Below are positions 39,201 to 51,904 of a DNA stretch of 64,000 nt, one piece after another. The notes beneath the pieces were generated by a model that saw only the letters and a program-made list of their open reading frames with translations, did not search any database and was not told the DNA's origin. This stretch comes from Octopus vulgaris (taxonomy: Eukaryota): assembly GCA_951406725.2 (NCBI GenBank), contig OX597815.1, positions 56,730,001-56,794,000 on the forward strand, read 5' to 3'. The translations under genes and the position numbers were made by a program. The first letter of the stretch is position 1; every line of letters begins with the position of its first letter.

Positions 39201-42200
39201 GATTGGATACCATTAAAGTCGATATAATGACCTCAGAATTCCAGAGAAGCCTGTCCAAAAACACACTTATCAGGGTTGATTCGCATATTGTAGGTATGAA
39301 GACGTCGAAAAAGTTGAGATAAGTATTGGAGATGATTTTCACATGTGTTGCTAGCTATGAGCAAATCATCGACATAAGTGACAACTTCATCAATAAACCT
39401 CTGGAATGTGCTTGTTGCATTCTGCAAGCCAAAGCTCATAAACAGGAACTCGAAATTTCCAAAGGGGGTAGTAATGGCAGTTTTGGGAATCTCGTCAGGG
39501 TTCACTGGAATTTGATGATAAGCTCAGATGAGGTCAACCTTGGTAAAAATGGTACAACCATGCAAGTTTGAAGAAAAATCCTGGAGAATCCTTATAGGAT
39601 AGCGATCGGGAACACTGACTGCATTTAAATGTCTGTAATCCCCCACTGGACGAAAGTTTGAATCCCCTTTCTGTGCCAAATGTAGAGGAGATGCCCAATG
39701 GCTGGTGGAGAGGTGAATAAAGCCAAGTTGAAGCATATGCTCAAACTCAGATTCAGCCTTTTTGAGCCAATCAGGAGTGAGTCACCATGAACGCGAAAAG
39801 ACAGGTGGTCCAGAAGTAGTGATATAATGGCAAGTCGAGTATGTGACTTTGACTCATTTGAAAGTCAGATCCACCAGTTCTGAGAAAGAAGCCAAAAGAG
39901 AGTGGAATTGGTCACCAGCAGTGGCGACAAAAATGACGGACTGAAAATAGCTTTAGTAGTAACGCGAGTAGGCGTGAACAAAGACGTAGAATCGTCCACA
40001 AGTCTCTGTCCCTTGACATCTACTAATAAGTGTAAGTGGTTTAAGAAGTCCGTGCCCAGAATGGGATATGGTAGATCTGCTATAACAAAAACCTGCCTAA
40101 AATCCCTTCGAAGTTTGAGATCTAGATGTAATGAGACCTGACGTAAGTTTTTATCGCATGCAGGTTAATGGCAGATTGCTTCGGCTTGTCTAAAGTAAGA
40201 CGTAAAGGCCAAATAGAACAGCTGGATCTGGTGTCAACCATAAATGCTTTGCCAGACACACAATCCTTAACAAAGAATGGACGGTGATATGAGAATTTGC
40301 GGGAAGAGTCTGACATGCTCAAATCTTCCGTAACTAGTTTCCCGACAACTTGAACGAACAGGGCTGGATGCAACGATGGGCTTTTGCCTTAAATGTGGCA
40401 TGGTACCAGCAGAGATTGGAAACCATTGGATTAAAACTAGATGACCTTGACTTAGAACAGCTTCTGCTGCAAGGACAACGAGAGCTGGCATGTGTCCATG
40501 TGACGTACTAATGCATCGACTCTCTCCAAAATGTTGTCATGTGATGAGAGAGAAGACTTAGTGGTAGTAGAGGAAGCTACTATGGTGTCCAAAAAGGTAT
40601 GATGAGGTGTGGGCTGCACAGTGGACTCTATGATATTGTCTGCCATGGTGGCTATCTGGTCAAGTGAATTCGAGTCGACCACTGTGGCCAGTATGGACTG
40701 GACATTTGGCGGCAGCCGAGAGAAAAATAATTTTCTGAGCAGAGAATTGTCCTCAAGCAGTGTGTCACTGAGTTCACGCAAACAATGAAGAAACTCAGAT
40801 GGCATCCTATCTCCCAGGTGCTCATCCTGCATCCAGCATCTGAAATTTACTGTTGACGGATTGGGTGTTCCGATGGAGAACCTCAAATTTGACAGACACG
40901 TAAGTCACATCCAGATGTGGGTCAGTGATAAGATCTTTCACTGAGCATGCAAGTGGGTGGGGGCAGGCATCCCACAGTACAAGAGACTTAGCTGCTGTTG
41001 GTGAGGCACTGCATGGGCTGAAAAATACGCATCCAACTGAGTGCATCAACGCGTGACGTCACCAGAGTATGCTGGTAAGTGGGAAAGACTAATTTTTTTT
41101 TTCTTTACAGAGGAGGGAAAGGAAAAGGATCAAAGAACCGACAAAGTGTTGCTGGAACATTAACGTGTGTGCGAGAAAAAAAAATTTTTCTTAGCAAAAT
41201 TTCTGAAGTGTTTGGGTAATGTGTGTACAATGAAAGGGAAGAAAAAATTCCGTTTTTGATCGCCAAACTTGTTACAGTGCTGAAAAAAAAAATATTTGTG
41301 CGCTTATTTATTTTTTGTTTGTTTGTAATTTTTCTTTTCTTTGTTGTTGTTGTTATTGAAGGAACCGTCAGAAAATGGTAGGTGAACTGGTAATGTTGTG
41401 TTTCACCACATGAGGCAATCCAAATATTGCAGTAGACAGGAAAGTTGATGGTCAGTTTGCTAGAAGTTGATGGACGGCTTGCTGGAAGTTGGATAGCTGG
41501 AGTTGTGGCCATTGATTTGTTTATTAGTTGAGAGTGAGTGAAAACCAGCAGTCTGTGGTTCAGTTGAGACATCTACACAATAAAGCTTCCTTTTTCCGTT
41601 GTGGTCACCGTTTTATAAGGGAAAGGAAAGGTTCATGACACTGGTAGAGTATCACCTTCTCCCATTATAATCAATTTTTGTCTTATGGATCTGGATAGCA
41701 AAAGAAGAAGCTTACAAGTGGATGCAATTTAATAATCATTTATTGTGATTCCCGATCTTGTGTCCCATTCTAAGTGTCCATTTTCATGGCTTGTGGTATC
41801 TCCATTCATGTGAGGTACATTACCTCTGGAGAATAACATATGTGGTTAGAGTCCACTGTAGCTGCCTGCTTCATAGTGTCTCTCAGCATAAGCAAGCTGG
41901 AGAAGACTAAGAGGTTGAATGTCTTTCGTACCTGCTCAAATAGCCGTTGTTGAGGAGAGCCTTGTTGTGGTGTCGCACATGGCAACAGTTATACATGAGA
42001 TCTCACTCTTGTCTCAGACAAGATAATGGCTGCCAGCATGATCTCATACAAAATGGCACTGGCTACTTGTTCCGTGCTACAAGTCATCCATATTAAGCCA
42101 ATATGTTACAGCCATGAATTTCACACCATTAATTTTGTGAAACTGGTTACTTTTGGGACTAAGATGGGAAACACTCTTCACTAAACAATTTTCTGCTGAA

Positions 42201-43000
42201 AAGTAGTATTGGAGCACTGAATTAATCCAATCCATAACAGAAGTGAAGGTCACATGATGAAAAATCAGTAAAAGTATCTTCACTACTTGCCTGCCACCTT
42301 CTAACAACCTCACTGACCAAATACTATGTCAACTTATCCTGTATTCTGGCTTCTTCAAAATAGGCTGGCTGTCTGTAATAAGTTGAATTGTTTGTTGCTT
42401 CATTTTATGCCATATACTGTATGTGGCATAAAATTACAAAGCTTACTTTGTTCAACATCATGATCCTCTGTGTAACTGGATATCAATTTACTTGCTGTAT
42501 TCATTATCCAGTGAAGATTGTAATATCTTTGCCAGAAGTTTGATTTATAACAAAACTTGTTCAAAGAATATATATAAGAACACAAAAGTTCACAAGCAAA
42601 AATCATATATGTGATTTGCTCTTGGTATCCTCACTGAAATGCAATAGAGTATCCAAAATAAATAAGGCGACATCACACATGCTGATAGATCTAACATGTA
42701 TTGGACAAACTTTTCAACTCTGTTAGCTGTTCACCTTTTTTTCCTGTACTTGAAGTACTGATGTACAGTAGACTTAGCCTCAAATAGAGTTGCTGCACTA
42801 TACTGAACATTTCTTCAGCAGCCTTTACATTTTATTTGCAGTCAACTGCTACTAAATTGAGGGCAGAAACAACCTCTGGTATTTATTTGAATTTTTCTGC
42901 TCATAACCAATGTGCCACCATAGCATTGTGTGACAAATAAATGGACGTCAGCATCAGTAGGGTGTAACATTGAAAATAGTTCAACACCAACAATATGCAG
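36240..43000 (-). mobile_element. Old decayed coding-like element (possibly DNA transposase) split by the Gypsy insertion: 36240-36504 plus 42082-43000
   Basis: Flanks rejoin at the AGTC TSD and carry fragmented minus-strand reading frames; family not recognised. Confidence 0.3.
36505..42081 (-). mobile_element. Full-length decayed Gypsy LTR retrotransposon
   Basis: LTRs 41614-42081 (5') and 36505-36967 (3'); TSD AGTC at 36501-36504 and 42082-42085; PBS-like cggtgaccac; PPT aggggggagccc; gag (LGDRMPSEFL), protease (FMVDTRSS), RT (KTAITTPFG, YVDDLL), RNase H (TVDASD), integrase (ITTDRG, GPFRVL). Confidence 0.95.
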
Positions 43001-43989
43001 AAGTGATTCAGTGTCAAATTCAGAAACTGCTTGTTATCTAATAAATTCTTTATAGACAACATTATCAAAAATAGTGCAGTGCAAGTGAGAGATGTTTATT
43101 TTCAGAAATTTCTTTTGTTTCATTTACAATTAATTGTAAAAGACCCTGACTTAGATTACTTTTTTGATAACTGACACCTTGATAAAAGAGAACTCATTCT
43201 GAATATTGTAATGTAAATATTTTGCATTTCCATGCCCTTCCATTATCTACTTTTTGAACTATGCATTGATATCATACCTATTGTTTCTTGTACATTGCCT
43301 TGCTCTTGCCCTCCATCTTTGTATCTTCTTTGGGAAATATGTTGTAGCATTGGTAATCATAGAACAGGGGCCAAAATGGATAGGTAGTTCTTATTTTCAC
43401 AAACTTGCTTTGCATGAGCTTTGCTGGTCTTGGATACAGTACAGATGTATTTTTTCTCAGAGATTTTCATAGTCCATTTAGAACTATCTATCTATTTATC
43501 TGTCTGCCTATCTGATAGACTTTGTACCCTACTCCACTAAATGTAACTACATCTCCCTTTCCTCACATTTCCTCTTTTTTCATGCCCTATACTTTTCTTT
43601 CCCTTCCCACTCCTGCAGCCCATTTCTGTCCTCATTGCTCTGTATGTTGTATTGTTATTATCCTGTTGTCTCCCTTCTATATACCCAGGTTTCACCAGTT
43701 GTTGCATTCTCCCCATTCCTCCTCCTTTGCATTCATGTGAACTCCATACTCACACACCCTTAGCAATACTCTATCCTCCAATTTATATTCTTATCCCCGT
43801 ACCTTGAGATTTTGCCCTGGCACATAACCACCATCACACTTATTCTTGTTTTCTTCCATTCTCTCGCTCTCCTTCCAACTGTGGTAATCATGTATCTCCT
43901 CTACTGCAAGACACCTACTTTTGTCTCTTTGTCATGCTCTAATCTTTCGTCACCTTGCACACAGCCACCTCCTCCAGTACTCACCCCTC

Positions 43990-44428
43990 TCAAAAGAATC
44001 TTTGTCTTGCAAGCTTCTTGGTGACTTTGCCAGTGCTGGTGACATGTAAAAAACATCCAGTCCACACTGTAAAGTGGTTGGCATTAGGAAGAAAATTCCA
44101 CCATAAAAAAAAAATCATGCCAAAATAGACTTTGCCAGTGCTGGTGCCACATGAAAAGCACCTGGTCCACTCTGTAAAGTAGCTGGTGTTAGGAAGGGCA
44201 TCTAGCTGTAAAAACCATGCCAAAACAGACCTCATTAGTGCTGACTCCATGTGAAAAACACCCAATCCAATCTGTAAAGTGGTTGGCATTAGGAAGGGCA
44301 TCCAATTGCAAAAACCATATCAAAACAAACAGTAGAAGACAATGTAGTCCTCTGGATTGCCAGCTCCTGTGAAGCCAGTCAACTCTTGCTAGCATGGAAA
44401 ACAGTTGTTAAATGATGATGATAATGAT
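43990..44428 (-). mobile_element. RTE-related SINE with triplicated internal segment
   Basis: gactttgccagtgctggtg...ctgtaaagtggttggcattaggaag repeated 3 times with a ~100-bp period; ends gcatggaaaacagttgttaaatgatgatg. Confidence 0.8.
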
Positions 44429-44552
44429 ATAGGAGCATCAGTACAAAGCAGCGATGAAGTATAAATGAACTTCAGGTTAGTTAAATATGTTTCTGACATA
44501 TTTTAACTTCTAAAGGCAAATTCACTGCCCAGTGATTCCCTCTGTGAATTTT

Positions 44553-44591
44553 CAGATGTGCATTTCTGGCTCTTTAGTCTTCCTCAGTGGG
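44553..44591 (-). ncRNA. Minimal type-I hammerhead ribozyme motif (left arm of a palindrome)
   Basis: Minus strand: ccca-CTGAGGA-agactaaagagcca-GAA-ATG-ca-CAT-C-tg; mirror copy 44609-44641 reads cccaTTGAGGAaggctaaagagccaGAAATG. Confidence 0.6.
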
Positions 44592-44849
44592 AAATACCAA
44601 AGAGAGATAACCCATTGAGGAAGGCTAAAGAGCCAGAAATGAATTAACAAGTAATCAAGTGTGCATGTGTGTATGTAAATTCTGTGAGCCAAGCTTACAA
44701 TCACATACATTTTGATTAATTACTGATTCTGTCAAGGTTAGCACAAGGATTCATCCTCTCACTAATTTTCCCACCTCTCCTCAAAATATATGCATAGCCT
44801 CATACTCATTATGTCTCATTCACAATCATCCAGATACAATTATATTACA

Positions 44850-45990
44850 TAGGACATCAGCTTTTTGAGGTCATTTGTATGGATTTAAAGGTAATTTGAG
44901 GCCATTTGTATGGATTTAAAAAAAAGACACATTGCTCATCAAAGAAAAGCTGTATTTGAAACTACACACTTATTCAATGATTCCACCATTAGCAGCAGTA
45001 GTTGCTTCAATACAGGGTTGGAAGTGTTGGCATGCCTGAATCAGATGAACTTTATTAATTTTGGACACAGTGATGATTATGATGGGCTTAAGAGATTGTA
45101 TGGTGTTATGAAGGTGTTGATTGACCTCTGTTTTGACTATGCCCCACATGTAATAGTCCAGTGGATTGAGGTTTGGTGTACTAGGAAGCCATGTGTCTGG
45201 AAGAACATGGCCATGGAGGTTGGCATGCATCTATTCTTGGGTTGTCCTCACCTTATGAGACAGCATTGGAATATGTACAGTCTTCCATTGTGTACTCTGT
45301 CTATTCAGGGCCTCAACTTTCTCCAACACCTCTGTGTAGACAGTGGCATTGACTCTTAAGCCCTGTGAAAAACAGTGAAGAGGCATGACATCTCCACTGT
45401 TGCTGATAACTCCCCAAACCATCACAGCTACTGAGAACTTAGTATACATGACCATTGGAATCTAATTTTTATCTCTGTGTAGCTGTATGCTTTTCATTCG
45501 GTTTACTTTTTGGTCCTGACTGAAGTTTTTCTCATAGAGAAAAGCCAAAGATTACAGCCTCTAGGTATTTTGACTTGTTTAGCAAGCACTTGCATGGAGT
45601 AAACGATTTCTCTTGTCACATCCAACATAAACTGACCCTTCTGCATCATGTATGACTTGTACTGAATGCACTACTCTTCTGATAGTGCATTCTGAAACTG
45701 AGAGGTTTGATTGATTTTCTGGAGTTTTCATTGATTATTTCTTGGACTTTTTGTATAAGGTTATGTGTTCTGATGGTATTAGGACCCTGTGCATGCATTT
45801 TACATTTAGCTGCTGGTGTTGAATCGCCATCAACAGATTCCAGCTCCTTCCAAACTTTGACAACTAAGGATTCAAAACTTTCAGGAAGTGAGCTATCCCA
45901 GCATCATTGTGCTGTATTTTTAAGGCAACAATTACAGTGGGCCTTTCCATTTGCTTAGTGAAAATGAGTGAAATATTTTTTATAGGTTGA
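44850..45990 (-). mobile_element. Decayed Tc1/mariner (maT/DD37D-like) transposon
   Basis: TKFSVAVMVWGVISNSGDVMPLHCF..GLRVNATVY and WLPSTPNLNPLDYYMWGIV. Confidence 0.85.
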
Positions 45991-46105
45991 TTCATTTAGG
46001 AGAAATGTATCTTTGTTACAGTAAAAGTTTGTAGTTGGTTCATATAAGAATTTATCAATTTTTCTAAATTATTAATATTTTTTTTCTATTTTGTTTTTTC
46101 CTCAG

Positions 46106-46335
46106 AATAATCTTGCCAGAAAACGTGAACAAATGAAACACATGAAAATGCCAGAACTAACTGAATTAGCAGAAAATGCTTCTGAATGTAATGATACCTC
46201 AAAAGCTAATGCATTTAGTTTGGCAAATACATTTTTGCAACCTCCTGCGCCCTCAGACAGTATGGTTTTGCCAAGTATCTCTGATGCTTTCCTAGTGGAA
46301 CTTGGTGTATTTGTTGATCAATATGCCAATTTTGG
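46106..46335 (+). CDS. Candidate internal coding exon of an unidentified host gene
   Basis: Strong polypyrimidine acceptor (tttttctattttgttttttcctcAG); stop-free 76 codons NNLARKREQMKHMKMPEL...GVFVDQYANF; donor GG|GTTAGT; non-repetitive and GC-richer than its flanks. Confidence 0.65.
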
Positions 46336-46879
46336 GTTAGTAATATTTTCTTCCTCCATCTTTTTAAAATCTAAATTTTAATTGTTAATCTCAATTGTTT
46401 CCCCTTTTGCATTGTTATATACTGAAGTTTTGTTTAACAGAAAGTCATTTTCAGCTACAAGCTAAAAATTGAAGTATGTATCTTTAGAAAAATTACTCAG
46501 AAGATACATTGAAATGTGGATATAAAAAGTAGATATATGAGTAATTTCAAATAAACCTAGTTCTCATATTTTCATAGTTTTACTCCTCTTCATAAATCTG
46601 TTTAAGATGTAAATAAATATTTACAATGAATTTAGTCTTGAAATCAATATATCTACAATAATTTTTTCATTTTATTTTAAAAGCCTGTGATGAAAGATAA
46701 TATTCTCCTAAAAGAAAAACTAATAGTTAACCCGAAAAGTTGTGTCAATAGTCTCTCTGTCTTCCCTGTTCCACAAAAATACAACAGATATGTAGGTATT
46801 TATATGAATACATCATACACTGGCAATGTGAACAAGGGAAGAGTAATCAAAGAAATATAGCAGTCAGAGCTTTATTCTT

Positions 46880-49800
46880 ATATAAGACAATATCCCACAA
46901 TGCATTTGCAGTACCCATACTCTTAACTTAGTTCCTCTTACTGTTCACACACTTCTATCTGTGTAGCAGTGCTTGGATCACATTGATGAAGAAGCTACTT
47001 TGTTGGTCAAAAAAGTCATTAACATCAGATAAGACCTGGTGCATTTAAAACATGTTCAGACAAAGTATTTGCTGAACAATCTGCACTAACATCATTAAGA
47101 CTGATAAATGCCTGCGATACTGGTGCCCAGCCAAGTGATTTTTCATATTGGGAAACAGATGATAGTCAGATAGACCCAAATCACTGAAATAAGGTGGTCA
47201 ACCAGTTCAAAGCCAGTCATGCACAGCAGCCATTGAAACCAAGTACTTGTCTACTGAAGCATTATCCTAATGAAACAAGAACCCCTTCATCAGTTTTTCT
47301 GGGCATTTGATCTTGATAGCCTGTCGCAACTGCCTTAGCAAGTTGGCATAGAACTCTCCATTGATAGTGTGATCAGTTTGAAGATAGTCAATAAACAGAA
47401 TGCCTTTTGCATTCCAAAAACTAAGGCCATCACCTTCCCTGCCTTCTTTGGAGCGGGTGAAGAGGAGTGTTTCTACTGCATAGATTGTCTCTTTGTTTCT
47501 GTTCAAAGTGATGAAGCCAACACACATCCTAGAAAATGTTCAAGGAAACTAGCTGGATCTGCCTCAAACAATGTCAGATATTCCTATAATGTGATCAACC
47601 TGGTGCGCTTTTGATCAGGTGTCACCCATCAAGCATGAACCAAGTTCATATTGTGCAGAGTATTCTCAACTCTCTCACAGAATATGCTAATAACTAAGGA
47701 CAGGACATTAAGGCACTTAAAAAGAGGCATGTATGGCAGGCATTTATTGCACTAAAATAGGCATTTATACCACTAACAAATAGAATTTAAACAAGTAAAC
47801 ATAGTATTTATAGGGTATGTAGATGTTTATGGCACTAAAAATTAGTATTGTGTAATGAAGAGGAAGTATTGCTTAACGAGATATGCTGATAGGATCATAA
47901 ATATAGTCATGAAGCAAGGGTTAAGCCTGTTTATTTTTCAGTAGAAAGTGTTTAAAACACAGGCAATAAAATGAAATTAGTCAAAACTGAAAATATTTAT
48001 TTCAATGTTAAATAAGATAACAATTTTGTACAATTTGATTAATGGAATTTATAATCCATATGAAACGAAAAAGTTTTAATAAGAAAACATATAGATAGAA
48101 AAGAGAACACTCTTTCTAAAAATAGAAATTAAATAAAACTAAGAAAATAATGCCAAACCACAATAACCAAAAACGTTTATACATCACCACCATTACAATA
48201 GGTATTATTACAAGATGTCACTATAAGCTTTCTTTACGTTTTCACAGGTCAAATCCAACCTTCGATCTGAAAGCATATGTTTTAGTTTTGAAAAAGACCT
48301 TTCAACTTTGACCAATGTCAAAGGTGCATGTCTGAAAGATGCTATGCCACTTGGCGAGAGCTTTTCAACATATTGTTTATTTGCCCCTTTAAGAACTTTT
48401 GCAATATCATTAATCTGTTGTTGGCCAGTATTGGTGTCAATCACTTTTTGGCACTTTTTAGCAATGTGTCTGCCATTCTCTCCAGGAGTACTCCTCACCT
48501 TTTCAATTCTGCTGTCAAATATAGAGCTTCTAGCATAGAAATATCTGATTTTCTAAAGCTAGTGTAGTTTGTGGTAGCATTTGAAAATATGCAACAATAA
48601 AGGAGAGATCACTATGAACACTGGAGTTGAGAATAAAATATTGGACAATACATGTAGAGGAAGCTTCTTCACTGTTTAATGCATTAAAAATTTTATTTCA
48701 AGTATCAAAATTTGAGGAATAATATTGATGCAGTGGTTATCCACATCCCACATCTCATGAGAACAGGTTGCAGAAGTAAACTCAGTGTTGGTGCATGTTT
48801 GCAGAGAAGTTCACACCTACATGGAGATTTAAGAAATATTTCTTTACCATTTGCAATCAACCTGTCAGCATTTTGAAATAGTAAGTGTACTTCTTCAACA
48901 ATTCTATGCTATCCATATATTAAACATGTTACATGGATCATGATGGGGAACAGAACCTGTAATGTTTTAGCAGCCTTTTTCATATAAGGTGCAGCATCTA
49001 TCACAAATAATAACACAGTGTCATACTTGAAACTATCAGCCCACAGTAATGCTAAAGAAGAAGTAAACGGATGAGTGATAGTATAACTATTAGTAGCAGT
49101 AAGAAATTCTGATGTTAGTAAATGCATGCTATGGCTATCGGACTTTTCTAAAGTACCTACAATAACATTCACAAGGTGCCTGCCCAACAAATCAGTGATT
49201 TCATCTATCGAAATCCAAATTTGCTTATCTCCAACAGCTTTCCTGATCTTGCTCATAGTTTCTGCATAATATTTGTCTACATAGTATTTTCTAAGAGTTG
49301 ATTCGTTTGCAATACTTTTCTCAGTGTACTTCTCCAAATATGATTCCAAACTTTTATTTGTTAATTTCCATATTGGTATATCTGCATCAATAAAAGCTTT
49401 GCACAAATCCTGGTTGAAATTATGGTCCACAGATGAACAGAAACAGCAATAGAACTGGATGCATTTCCTAATGATTCGTTACTATTAAATAACAGGCATT
49501 ATATAGGCATTTATGGCATTATATCGACATTTATAGCATATAAGGTGTTATAGGCATTTAAGGCATTTATGGCAAATGTCCTGTTATTAGTAATAACATT
49601 GGCTATTTCATTTGTAGTCAATCACCTGTTATCCATCAACATGTGGTAAACACAATCAATGTTTTCCTCAGTAGTGGCAGCTGTGGGACGTCCAAACCTT
49701 GGATCATCTTCAAGACTCTCCTTTCTCCTAAATTCAGCAGCCTACTTTTGCACTGTTGATAAAACTGGAGCATTATCCTGTAATGTAACAACCATGTCAG

Positions 49801-49960
49801 CATGGACGTCCTTTGAGACCAAAGCCTTTTTCTGAAGGTACATAGTACCATCATGATTCCAAATTTTATCTATTTTTGAGAGAAGTTGCTACCAGTTACA
49901 TTTGAAGTCTTCTTTGATCAGTCAGATGTCAGCTTACCTGAAAGGAAACAAAGCTCATTC
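46880..49960 (-). mobile_element. Decayed mariner element (46880-47694 plus 49590-49960), interrupted by hAT
   Basis: FWNAKGILFIDYLQTDHTINGEFYANLLRQLRQAIK; N-terminal HTH region with LEDDPRFGRP at ~49690-49715. Confidence 0.85.
47695..49589 (-). mobile_element. hAT transposon (CGGBP1/hAT19-like), internally deleted and decayed
   Basis: TIRs taaggacaggacatt / aatgtcctgttatta; 8-bp TSD ctaataac/gtaataac; subterminal (ggcattta) repeats; IWISIDEITD, LFVIDAAPYMKKA, VERSFS motifs. Confidence 0.9.
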
Positions 49961-50109
49961 CATGCTTCAGGATTTTCAATGATGTCTTCAAAAAGGATGA
50001 TTAGGAAATTACAATTTTCTTTTATAGTAAGAACAAGATGCAAGGAGTATTTCCATCTAGTTCCTGTAGCTTTGAAAAATCTTTTTTAACTATGTTATCT
50101 AACACATTA

Positions 50110-51480
50110 GCCTTTTTATGTGATTTGTAAAAAATGAATAAAGATTGCACATTCATATTTCTCTCTTATTTTTGATTGCAATACATTTAAGTGACCTACC
50201 ACGGTAGCGGCAACATCATAAGTTTGTGCATGTTTCAATACATTTAAAAATGTGTTCAAATAAAGCATTTGCTGAATGATCTGCACTAACATCGTTAAAA
50301 CTGATAATTTTTTCTTTAATAATGCAATCTTTCGTAACATAATGTAAAACAGATGACAGTTGTGAATATTTTGATATATTGGATGTTTCATCTACAAGAA
50401 TAGCTACAAATTTTGCCTGCTTCAGTTCATTTTCTATTTCATCCAACATAACTTTTGAAGATGCTTCAATCAAGTCATTTTGAATTCTGTTTGAGAGACC
50501 TGAGAAAACAGAGACTATTAAGATAGCTTGCCAATTTTTTGTCATATTTACTGATTAAATATAAGAAAATATAATTTTCACGATTATTGGATTTTTTGGA
50601 CTCAAAATGACCCCAGAATGATAATTCCTGGCAACCAAGAAAAATAACTGCACCGATCTAGTGCCACAGAATGTATCTATTTTGCCTAACCTCTTATTAT
50701 GCTTTTGCAATCCCTGCTTTTTTTATATGCATGTAATTGTAAGTCTTTACTCTCTTTACTCTTTTACTCTTTTACTTGTTTCAGTCATTAGACTGCGGCC
50801 ATGCTGGAGCACCGCCTTTTAGTACTTATTCTATCGGTCTCTTTTGCCGAACCGCTAAGTGACGGGGACGTAAACACACCAGCATCGGTTGTCAAGCAAT
50901 GCTAGGGGGACAAACACAGGCACACAAACACATACGCACACACATATATATATATACATATATACGACAGGCTTCTTTCAGTTTCCGTCTACCAAATCCA
51001 CTCACAAGGCATTGGTCAGCCCGGGGCTATAGCAGAAGACACTTGCCCAAGATGCCACGCAGTGGGACTGAACCCGGAACCATGTGGTTGGTTAGCAAGC
51101 AACTTACCACACAGCCACTCCTGCGCCTAATTGTAATTGTAATTGTAATTGTAAGTCTTTGCAAATATTCCCAAATGTTTTAAGATCTATCAAAGATTTT
51201 ATATGTCTTTCAGAACGTTCATGTTTTAGCAAGGCCATATGTATATTGTCTAATCATCATAACCATTATCACTCCAAACAGTTTTTTCTAAACCAAATAA
51301 CAAGCATGACCAGCAAAATAATTTAGTCTAGTACTTCCAGCTAACCATATTTTCTTTTCATATAAATTAGTCTGAAATTGTCGAATATATTTCTTGTTGG
51401 AACTTTGCAAATTCGGTAATTTTAGCATTGGTCTGCCATCATTTATAATTAATTGTTTTCTTTCAAAGTCTTTTTTAAAA
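50110..51480 (-). mobile_element. hAT transposase fragment (ZMYM1/DUF4371-like)
   Basis: SNRIQNDLIE...FVAILVDETSNISKYSQLSSVLHYV...AQTYDVAATVVG; interrupted by a SINE. Confidence 0.85.
50749..51127 (-). mobile_element. tRNA-derived SINE with TSD
   Basis: Box A TGGCTGTGTGG and box B GGTTCAGTCCC on the minus strand; TSD gtaattgtaagtcttt at 50733-50748 and 51145-51160. Confidence 0.92.
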
Positions 51481-51672
51481 AAAAAAACTCAGCATAATTT
51501 CGGTTGTACATGTGTGCTTGTTCCTCTGTGTGTGTGTGTGTGTGTGTGTGCGTGTGCGCACTTCTTCCTCTGTCTGTGTGTACATGCTTGTTCTTGTGTA
51601 TGTGCATGTGCATGCTTGTTCTTGTCTGTGCGTGTGCGTGCTTGTTCTTGTCTGTGTCTGTGTGCCTGTTCT

Positions 51673-51903
51673 GTTTTTATGTATTTATGTGTTGTGGAAT
51701 ATAAATATAATGAAATTATGCCAGCAATGTCACATTTTAAACTTGAAGAAAAAGAGCTTTGCATATTTGTTCTTACAGATTTTACATACACACATGAAGC
51801 AGGTAAGAACAAATATGCAAGGCTTTTTTCTTCAAGTTTAAAATGCGACATTACTGGCATAATTTCATTATATCTATATTCCACAACACATAAATATATA
51901 AAA
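51673..51903. repeat. Inverted repeat (~100-bp arms, ~25-bp spacer)
   Basis: ttttatgtatttatgtgttgtggaatat...catatttgttcttac mirrored by gtaagaacaaatatg...atattccacaacacataaatatataaaa. Confidence 0.92.
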
Positions 51904-51904
51904 A

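Noticed and set aside
44023-44330. Regularly spaced repeats superficially like a CRISPR array
   Set aside because: Eukaryotic SINE internal triplication; the 'spacers' are homologous to each other and there are no cas genes.
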